Source: Trichoplax sp. H2
Lineage: Eukaryota
DNA length: 64,000 bases
Direction: 5' to 3'
Assembly: GCA_003344405.1 (NCBI GenBank)
Contig: NOWV01000027.1
Coordinates: forward strand, 496,001-560,000
Shown: in pieces, positions 54,351 through 64,000 of the stretch
How the letters are laid out: every line of letters begins with the position of its first letter
Position numbering within the stretch: the stretch's first letter is position 1
Position numbers and translations under genes: made by a program
Notes under the pieces: generated by a model
What the model was told of the DNA's origin: nothing
What the model saw: the letters and a program-made list of their open reading frames with translations, nothing else
Databases searched by the model: none

Positions 54351-54945
54351 TGACAAAATTGAAAGAAGGAGAAGAATGAATGATGAAGCTCAGACAAGTC
54401 CGATCATACGCGTTGACTGCATCAAGTGTCAACATACAGAGTGTTGAAGCGACTTTTTGACGTCTGTACCGATGGTTGAACCTTCACCTGACAGCGAGTT
54501 TGGCCTAGAATTCTTTAGTCTACGCTGTACAGTGTACAGTACTGTACAGTACAGTAAGAACAGTACAGTACTTTACACTATACACTGTACTATATAGTAC
54601 TGTACAGTACTGTAGCTATCAGTGCACAGCACCGGTGGTTCTACTGCACTGGTCATTGGCTGACAAGATTGAAATAAGGAGAAGAATGAATGATGAAGCT
54701 CAGACAAGTCAGATCATACTGTGTTACGCGTTGACTGCATCAAGTGTCAACATACAGAGGGTTGAAGCGAGTTTTTGACGTCTGTACCGATGGTTGAACC
54801 TTAACCTGACCGAGAGTTTGGCCTAGAATTCTTTAGTCTACTGTACGCGGTACAGTGTACAGTAAGAACAGTACAGTACTGTACACTGTACTGTACTGTA
54901 GCTATCAGTGCACAACACCGGTGGTTCACAGTACTTCACTGGTCA
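54351..54945. repeat. 310-bp tandem dimer, each unit a structured head plus a TACAGTA-rich tail, directly upstream of TECPR2
   Basis: tgacaa.attgaaa.aaggagaagaatgaatgatgaagctcagacaagtc... starts at 54351 and 54661; the first ~170 bp are near-identical, and each unit ends cac.ggtggtt...cactggtca. Confidence 0.93.
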
Positions 54946-55045
54946 GCCAGCGACGCCTCACTCAGTTTACGACGCACAGTTGCATACTTGCACGGGACGT
55001 CCTTTCACCAGTCAACCCCACTGACATGCGAAGCTCAAGTAAAAA

Positions 55046-55053
55046 TGACGTCA
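55046..55053. promoter_or_regulatory. Full palindromic CRE (TGACGTCA) in the TECPR2/DNAJC17 divergent region
   Basis: aaaaaTGACGTCAtac within a CpG-enriched patch. Confidence 0.35.
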
Positions 55054-56129
55054 TACTATTCGAGGCGAAGGTTTTTTTCTCAATCAATCTTATGAGTCTC
55101 ACGTTCTTACTCTCAGCGGTAGTCCAGTTGGTTCATATGCTGTAGTGCTGTACGCATTTCATGACGAAATGCGTAACCGCAACCTACAATATGCAATTGC
55201 CGACGAATATTGACGAAAAAGCTTCGAGCAGTAGTTTGGAAATAAGATGCATTGAATTCGGCTAGTGGATCGGAAGGAACACTGCAGTTTGCTGGTATAC
55301 ACTTTCAATCGCTGTTGCCCCATCAGAACAATACGTTGTTTATTATTTAACTGTAAATAACAAGAAATCACCAAGTCGTTCACAGATTATAAATAAATCT
55401 CTTTTTCATCTTTTTACTATACCTAGACTGATAGCTCACTTCAAGATCTTCTACAGTATAATGACATCTTTAAATACGATAGACTGTGCAATGTGCATGC
55501 ATTAATAATTACAACAAGGAGGATGATAGCAAAAGTAAACTATTACTTGGTAAATTGAAGAGTTCATCACAGTTATAGTAAATTTCTTATTCTGAATTTG
55601 TTACAACATAGAAATGGATATACAATCCTGTTGCTATGCACTGCCCTAGTCTCTATCAGAATTTCGAAAGATTTTTCCTAAGGAATCGATGTGGTACAGA
55701 GCAACTGAAAAATATACAATGAATTATAATCGACAAGAAAGAAATTAATAATAATTAAGCTAAAATAATGTTTGAGCTACTCCTAGCTATAGTAACTTAT
55801 TATTTTGACTATGGAATGCCAAGCTATTATCAAATATGAAAATGATGACCAATTTATTCATTTACTCCGAAAGGAGATGATTTCCCTGATTTTAAGAAGT
55901 ATTTACAGTAAATATATTCCAAGGCCAAACTTCTGGCGTCTGTACGTCTGTGCACAATAAGGGCCAAATGACCATTCAGATATAGTACGGACGCACAGAC
56001 GATGCTACTACTGGACCTTTTCTATACTGTAGTGCTGTAAACCGCGCTCTAGGGTTATCCAAATGATCTACTGTTATCAATTGATTGAACTATTTTGCAA
56101 ACTTTTACCTCAACTTCTTTGCTCACAAC

Positions 56130-58515
56130 ATGGGAGACATTACGAATATCGATTTATACCAATTTCTGGGTGTTCCAGACGATAGCACAGAAAAGGAGGT
56201 TAGATCACTTGTAGTATAATACGCTAAACTATGAACTTAGTAGTACTCCATGGATAAACTGACGAATCATGTCCAGATCGTGGCCCCCAAAGTTGACAAT
56301 AATGGATAATCATTAGATTTCTGTAATTAAATAAGCTACAACAGATAGAGTCCATTCGTAGCTCAGATCCTATTAATTGTAAAGTATGAGTTGTCAACTG
56401 AACAGGATGCTACATCAAGTAATATTATGCCCTTACTTACCTCATTATTTGATATACCTACAGATAACAGTTTCAGCACACTTGATCATTGATGACTGTG
56501 GTCAGATCGTTTCTACGTTTCAATTTGCCAACAAGTGCTACGTAATCTCTGTCTTACAGAATCTCGATGCAGTGATGAGTTCGATGATATTTCATGCTGA
56601 TGCAATGTCTTACGTGATATACTGTAAATCTATCACGATATTGTCCGAGAAATGATATAGTCGTAGGTACCGTACATCAGTAGAATTATAATTAAAGTTA
56701 TGCATAATTCCATACTCATACTGAATAGTACACTAGTTACCTGCAGTGCTTGAGGTAACTTTATATAAGATCTTTACACAATAAGCATAGACCTGCCTGC
56801 AGTCTCGTAATATCTATGATTTGCAATGCTAAAAATTACCCAAATTTTACAACCTTTGTTCTTACCTATAGATTCTGACAGCATACAGAAAGAAAGCTAT
56901 CAAGTGTCACCCCGACAAGAACCCAGATAATCCTGCAGCTGGTAAGTATTACATTTTCTTCGATATGACAGAGCAAGTACTTGTATGGGAATTACTACTC
57001 ATGGACTACTGCATTCATGGCACAATCTATTTCGATGATAGAGTATCATTTGCATTTACTCTACCGTCGTGTGCTTATACGAGCAAGAAAGATCACTGAC
57101 TTTGATGCCCCAAATTTTATATTTTAATAGCTGAGACCTTTATCAAGCTTTCTAAAGCGGTCGAAATTTTGACTGATAAAGCGGCCAAGGTTCATCATAG
57201 CGCAAATTCGTCAATTTTTGCTTGAGCACAGAGCATCGCTATTACAGAATGATAAAATATTTTACTTGTTGCTTGTATAGATAAGTTATGACCGACTACG
57301 TAAGGCACGTAAAGCGAAAGAAAAACGTGATGCTGCTCTAGATGCTACGAGAAAAAAATTTAAGCAAGGTCAGAATATTTGAGATGATTCGTATATTTAA
57401 CTCTCGAACTGACTTTCTCTCATTTAATTCAGACTTGGAGGAAAGAGAAAGAAGCGTAAGAGATGACTATGTCGATGAAGCTGCAGAAGCAAAGAAATTG
57501 CGTGATCTTGTAAGACCTAATATGCATTATCCTTATTAAGATCGGATGGTTGCGGTTTTGTAGGTCTACTAAAGGTCTATGCGTTGTAGGTCGAAAGAAT
57601 AAGAGCGGACGGCTCTCGTAAACTGGAAGAAGAAAAAGAAATGTTAAGAAAGCAAATCGAAACAGAGATTGTTGAAAAAGGTATGCAAGTCATTTTATGA
57701 AATAGTTACTTAATTTCCTATACGTTTAATCCTACGCACATTTTCTTCAAGCTGAAGCCCACGATAACGAACAAAAAAGTTACACATTGAAGGTCTGTAC
57801 AATTATCAGTACATCTGACAAACTTCAGCAATTAAAACTAATAAAACTTAATTTACAGGTTAGATGGAACTCTGCAAAAAGTGCTGATGCTAATCCTACG
57901 TATGATTATGATACATTAATGGAAATATTTAGAAAAGTAGGTATTAGAATTTTTTTCGAATTTTTCTATTATCTTAGTCGACATTTAATATAAATTTTTA
58001 ACCTTTTACAACTTTGGCTATGGTTACTACATTTAGTTCGGCACTATTACTAATTTAGTAATTTCGGGGAAAAAGAAAGGCCTAGCTCTTGTTGAATTCA
58101 GCAGCTATTTGAGCGCAGTAAGATAAGAATTGTCATATAAATTCCTATTCCTAGACTGCTCATCTAGCGATGTAAAAAATTTGTCAATCATCTCTAGCAT
58201 GTTCTATCTGAGCAAGAATCTTTGGGAAGTTCAAGTGATCCGTTAAGAATTTCTTGGGTTGGCGATAAGCCAACTCCTTCCACAAAATTTAATCGAACCC
58301 CATTTTCAAGTGAAAGCGCAAATTTTTCTAATCCTGTAGGAAAAAATTTTTGAAAATAACGGTCTTTATCATGGGTACATCTCGCTGAAAGTGTCAGTTT
58401 TATTATCTAGGGCCTGGTTAATGATCGTGATTACGAATCCCTGACATTAATGCGTCTTCGACAAGCAGAAGAAAGAAAACGGTTGGAGGAACAAATTGCT
58501 ACGGAAGATGACTAA
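56130..58515 (+). CDS. DNAJC17: DnaJ homolog subfamily C member 17 (J domain plus RRM), about 11 exons
   Basis: MGDITNIDLYQFLGVPDDSTEKE|ILTAYRKKAIKCHPDKNPDNPAA|AETFIKLSKAVEILTDK, RKKFKQDLEERE, LKVRW, FGTITNLVISGKKKGLALVEF and RDYESLTLMRLRQAEERKRLEEQI; stop TAA 58513-58515. Confidence 0.95.
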
Positions 58516-59123
58516 TGGACTCAAAGAATTTTTTGCTGTAATGATATTAGTACCAGCAATTTTACTTGTAAATAAGAAAAAAGGTGTCAAAATGCGTACC
58601 ACTTTGTATATTATATACTATAGTCTCCACCTTTGTTTGGGACGACCTTTAGTATCGATAATACTGTAGTTCTTGGTCTGATATTTATTTACTTAGTACT
58701 TTTAAAATTGTACAATTTCATAATTAAAATTTTCAAAGTATTTTCATCCTTTTAACTAATACTTATCAGACATTCTCGTATTGTGCTAGTCAGACAGCAA
58801 CGATTTATTGCTACGACGGTGGCAATCATCAGTGCAGTAGTGAAAGCCAGCATTAATGGGAGTAAATTCATTTTTCACTAATTAAAGAGGCGATTTAGAT
58901 TAGCATGCACGTACAATAAATCTCATTCAATTATTAAGAAGATAAGAATAGATTTACATAACTTTTGACCGATAGCACTATAGTAGCAGGCTCCAATTTA
59001 ACAAACTTCCGGAAGCATCAAGCCTAGTCTAGCGTATGCCACATTTATTGTGATTAGTTATACTCTATATCATAGAGGTAAAACCTAGAGTAAGAATGGT
59101 CTGTTTACGTCTATTGCTATCAT

Positions 59124-59300
59124 AAGGGTTTATACGAGCTATCAACGAAATACTAAATACCAATAGTGATGCTGTAATGTACAGAGTTCGCGATAGGGTC
59201 TAGCTAGATACGTTTATCGCTACCACAAGGGTTTTATTGTCGATATGATATATGTAAATAGTGATCCTGTGATGCACAGAGGTCATGATAGGGTCTAGAT
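59124..59300. repeat. ~96-bp diverged tandem dimer
   Basis: aatagtgat.ctgt.atg.acagag.tc..gatagggtctag at about 59162 and 59257, each preceded by aagggtttt?at. Confidence 0.75.
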
Positions 59301-60017
59301 AGGTGTTTAGTGCATTCTATTCGTAGTACGATAGCATCGTATAACTGCTGGTATACATCTAAGCTGCAGTACCAGTGGCATTGATTGAGCTATGTGCGCT
59401 ATTTACTATGTTATTATCTCGAGGGCTTTCATCTCTTACCAAGTCATAACGTGTTACATGGTGTGTAAATTTTCCTTATAATTCAGTAGAACACAGTGTA
59501 GGTACTGCAATTAGTCTTGCGTCAGTAAATTATGCGATTTTGTTGCAATATACTCTAGCACTCCTACTAGTATCGTACTTGAATTTGTAGTAGAATCTGC
59601 GTTGCTGATATACTAGCTACTACGCAATATCTCAGTTACGCCTTTATACTGTATATGTAACAATACCGTTAATTACCGTTATACTATTCACTATCGGATA
59701 TCAATTACAATCATAAACTTGTACCATTGCCTTATCTATCCGATGTATCTGCGTATCTAAGTCTAATACTAGATATTATTCGGAGTATCGTGGGTGTTTC
59801 TATTTACTTGGTACATTTTACTACCATACACAGTATTGCATCCTTGCTTTAGCGATAAATAATCGAAGTATATCGTCAATGTATTGTATGCCACGTGAGA
59901 GTCAATCGACTAAGAATATTTAGAGCGGTAGCCATTAATATAAATATTAGCCTGAATTGACTATAATTTATAAAGTTTGCTTTCGTCAAAGTAGAGATTT
60001 GAATACATAATTAAGAA

Positions 60018-63000
60018 ATGGCTTGGATATCTATTCCGTTACATGATGATAGCTATGTTGGTAAATTAAGCATTGCTGCAAGTGTTTTCTTGGCTATGGG
60101 AATTGGTAGTTACTCTCTATATTATTTGTTACGAAGGAGGAAGATAAAGACTTCTGAGATAGAGAAGAAATCGATAGATAATGATATTAAAAGTGATGGA
60201 TTAGTAGTTTGTATTCATGAACTCAATCAAGCTATAAGTAACTTGAGATATGTTCGCTTGGAACATCAAGAGAATGGCTCTAAAAATGACGAGAAATCCC
60301 AACAACTAATCGTCTGCATCGATCGATTAGCGTCTCAAGTTGACCAACTTCGTCAATCTTTAGAAAATTTGCAAGAGAAAAAGGATACAACTACTGGCAG
60401 GCGTGATAGCATTGCTAGCAGCCAAAGTAGCGACAACTTTTTTGACGCAAGTGTAGAAGATGATGACGATGATGCCTATAATAGCGGGATTGATAGGTTG
60501 GTTATATGTAAAAAATATAGTTAAATAGGATATGCCATTAAAATCAGTTTGGCATACTAATTCACTTTCTTACTCATCCTTGCAGTGTAAATGTATTCAA
60601 TACTCTTATAACTTAGAAAATCACCTACTATTTGCAAAGAGAATAGTATATAACTTCCACATAAATAGATTACTTACTTTCAACAATGCTATGTATAACT
60701 TAGAAAATAGATTAGAAAATGAGTCACTGCATTCTATCTATGAGATTGAATACGTTCACTTGTTAATGATAGAATTTCTGTAGAAAGGCATTTAAATAAA
60801 ATATGTTGACGATAACGTTTCAGATAATAAATAGTATGTAAAATTTTTATACCTTTACTAATATCAATCGCAACATCGCATACGATATTTTCCCCCTTTA
60901 TATATTTAATCAGATTAATAGACTTTATGAAATTACTCATATAATGGCTAAGTAGCGGTAAACATAAAAATTGAGTTAACCCCTTTATTCTGTCATCAAT
61001 TAAGCATGTAAATGACTATTCAGTATTATCATCATTCGTGTACGGTATGTAACCCTGACAGCTTTATTCGTGTACATTGACAAGATTTAGAAGTCCGATT
61101 CAGTATCATCTATGTGGAAGTTAACTGTGTTATTGAAATTTTGAGTATCTAGTTTGCATTACAACAACTTCATTTAACTATTTATCATTTTAGATAGATG
61201 CATATAAATCTACTAACAACGTTTAATATGAATAAAGCTAAATGTCACAGTTTAAGGGTAGCACTTAGTAATTAATGATGGTAATCTCAATTTCATTTGC
61301 TAGCCTAACCTGAATAAATAATGTACTATAGAAGTCCTTGCTCTTGATAGACCATCAAGTGGTCTCCGCCACGAGTATATAACATTCATAGATATACAAT
61401 TAAATCGAATGAGCGTAATGCAGTTAGAAGAAATATCTTCTGTCATCTAACAAATTTAAAGTCAGATAGCTAACTCGTTACATTTTACTGCTACGTATAT
61501 TGTAGTATTGCATAATTATATTAACAGAATAATATATTACAACTTGATGTAGACTATTCTAATTCTAAGTTTATAAACAATCCTTTATTCTTACGTCAGT
61601 TCGTGCCTAATTTTACAGTTGTATTAAAATGCTTAATATGTTAGCCATAATTAATATTGGACTGTTAATTCAGTATTTCAAACAATTATTTTATCATATA
61701 TTTCAATAGGATGGCATGGTAAAACATGTAGTCACAATCTCTGTCATATAGATCTACTTAAAATCGCCTAAACTCTACTTTAAATTCTATAATACCAACT
61801 TTGATAGAGTCACATGAGGAGTTATTTAGCTTAAATGAATACTCGTATATCTAGGAAATGAATTAATATACGATCCTATCTGTAATAAATTTATATTTTA
61901 TATATTAACTCGTAAATAATTACGGTAGCATTACTATTTTTCATTGATTTAATATAAAATTTACATTTTACTCTAATTTATAATAGATTTTTAAGTTGTG
62001 AATCTCTAGAAAGTATCCCAAATCGACAATCTAGATCAGATACAAGTATAAATTTGGATGAGGTACGGAGTTATTAACATTCATTGCAATATTGATGTTA
62101 ATGTAATTTTTGAAAGAGTTCAGCTCTAGCTGAAAGAACCAGTTATCTTGCTATAGTTAAGAATATTCTCTATGATTGCTTTAAGCTTTTAAGATATGTT
62201 GATCAACTACACCGTAATTATGACCCAAAAAGTCGCCGCAAAGCTTTAGATAAGTTGAAAAGTATATATGGCAAGGTAAGCAAATTTGAAATCATCAATC
62301 TGTTTTACGTTGGCGGTTAACCCGCTACTGTTAATCATTTGTATAATAAAATTATGGTAGATTATAAAAAAATTTAAAAGCTATAATTGTATGTTAACAT
62401 TGTAGAGCATCTTAATTTATCAAGTATATAATATTTCATTAAAGATTGCCGAGAGATATCTTATAACTATTACAATCTCTAAACATTACCATATGCTGAA
62501 GATTATGTCTATTTCCTTTAATTGATCTTGTCGTGTGACTGAATAGAAAATTTTTGTCGTACTTGTTTCACATTGGTCTCTCAAACTTCAAATATAGTAT
62601 CAAGAAAATGTACAAGTATTATGGAGATATGCTAGAGCACACCTTGAACTATGTGAATATGTCGATAAAGATGAAGCCAAAACACTAACATACAGTGCAC
62701 TCGATATCGCCAAGAAAGTTCTATCTATCAATGATAGCTGTAGTGAAGGCCATAAATGGTAACGTAATCTACCAATTTAGTTCTCTAGTTGATTCTCGAC
62801 AGAAAAAACTTTGATCCATTACTACGTGTTCTATCCTTTTTGATGTCTGATAATTTAGGTACGGAATAGCCTTAGGTGCTATTATATCGTATGAAGGTAA
62901 CAAGAAAAAAATAGAACTAGGCTTTGAATTTAAGGTAGAAATGGATAGAGCAATCGAATTAAACCCCGAAGATCATGAAGTTATGGGTTACATAGGAAGG

Positions 63001-63747
63001 TGGTGCTATGAGGTAATTGAAATACCTTTTGTCATCATTTATGTAGATCATTGAATTTGTGAACTTTCAATCTTAGTGTGCATCATTATCATGGTATGAG
63101 AAAAAAGCAGCACGACTAATTTATGGTGATCTGCCGTCTGCCACTATCAGTGAAGCTCGAGAATATTTAATTAAAGTAAGAACTGAAAGTTTGGGATATA
63201 TTTTTCACTTATACAAGCTAGCTAAGTTACATGTTTAAAATAATTTATGGGTGTGATATCTTATACAGGCAGATGGAATGCAGCCTGGATATTCCAAAAA
63301 TACGAGACTTTACGTAGGAAAAGTATGTGTACTGATACTAGTGAATACTATTAGTTTAATTAAATCTTGTGAATTTCAATAAAGGTCTTAGTTATTGTTT
63401 AATTCATCTTCCTTTGGCAACTAACATGTATTGTTAATTTTCTAGTGTTACCTATATGATAAAGATTATAGAAATGCACGTCACTGGCTCTTACAAGCCA
63501 AAGAAGTTGCTACTATAACTTCGCAGGCAAGTCTAAACTCTAATTATTTTGTTACTTGTGTCAATAATAACAGATAATTTGTGATTTAAAATCTATATGA
63601 ACTCCTATAAAATATAGAAATTTATGCTTTAGGTGAGCGACAAATTTAAAAAATTTACCAATTTTATAATATTTGATTTCATGTCTTAATGATATTTAGG
63701 ATAGAGAAGCAGAAAAGGAGATTGAAAAGTTACTCTTACAATGCTGA
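60018..63747 (+). CDS. RMDN3: Regulator of microtubule dynamics protein, RMDN2/RMDN3 (PTPIP51)-type: TM anchor, coiled coil, FFAT motif, TPR-like domain
   Basis: Exon 1 encodes a hydrophobic segment followed by RRRK, a coiled coil and SSDNFFDASVE. Later exons give VLWRYARA, GHKWYGIALG, MDRAIELNPED, IGRWCYECASLSWYEKKAARLIYGDLPSATISEAREYLIKA and LYVGKCY; ends EKLLLQC* (TGA 63745-63747). Middle small exons are uncertain, and it is probably pro-orthologous to RMDN2 and RMDN3. Confidence 0.88.
63527..63699 (+). other. Non-canonical GC-AG last intron in the RMDN gene
   Basis: Exon ends ACT TCG CAG, intron starts GCAAGT and ends ...TTTAG, final exon GAT AGA GAA GCA (DREA...) is in frame. Confidence 0.8.
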
Positions 63748-64000
63748 TAGAGATCTATTCTGAATTGTTATTTTTTTGTACCCTCTTTTGGAAACGATTG
63801 TTGCCACCAAGTTATAAGCTGTCTGATTAATTAAAATCATATAGTTACCATGAATTTTCATTTATGCTGCTATGCTATAATGGATAATATAATTACTTCA
63901 AAAGACATTATTATTTCTCTCCTACAAACTTGTACAGGATATAAATGAAAGATATTTATTGATTTATTGATTTGGTTGATGAATAAGATTAACTACTTCA

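Noticed and set aside
22026..63747. Functional cluster of ER-contact/trafficking genes (BCAP31, TECPR2, RMDN)
   Set aside because: They are separated by unrelated genes and a 20-kb desert; chance co-location is sufficient.
1..64000. U12-type introns, tRNA, rRNA and spliceosomal snRNA genes
   Set aside because: No RTATCCTT donors at the exon boundaries I resolved and no recognisable RNA-gene sequence by eye; a tRNAscan-SE/Infernal run would be needed to exclude them fully.

Overview
AT-rich (about 30-33% GC by eye) eukaryotic, animal-type genomic DNA with compact genes broken by many short introns, mostly GT-AG. The architecture is reminiscent of a placozoan such as Trichoplax, but that is an inference. 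By splicing exons by hand I support nine protein-coding genes: ERCC2/XPD (5'-truncated, +), an unidentified WD40-like beta-propeller gene (-), SDCCAG8-like (+), POLA2 (+), BCAP31/BCAP29-like (-), an intronless Delilah/atonal-superfamily bHLH (-) alone in a ~20 kb gene desert, TECPR2 (-), DNAJC17 (+) and an RMDN2/3 (PTPIP51-like) gene (+). Non-coding highlights are: dense self-complementary TACAGTA/TACTGTA arrays at or near gene 5' ends; a higher-order 214/134-bp structured satellite next to the BCAP31 promoter with C/D-box-like motifs; a 310-bp structured dimer upstream of TECPR2; an RFX X-box-like motif overlapped by two MYB-type sites in the WD40/SDCCAG8 divergent promoter; two GC-AG introns; and a DNAJC17-RMDN gene pair that appears to match the human 15q15 arrangement. 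No rRNA, tRNA, CRISPR array or recognisable transposase was seen. Internal exon coordinates are hand-derived and may be off by a few bases.
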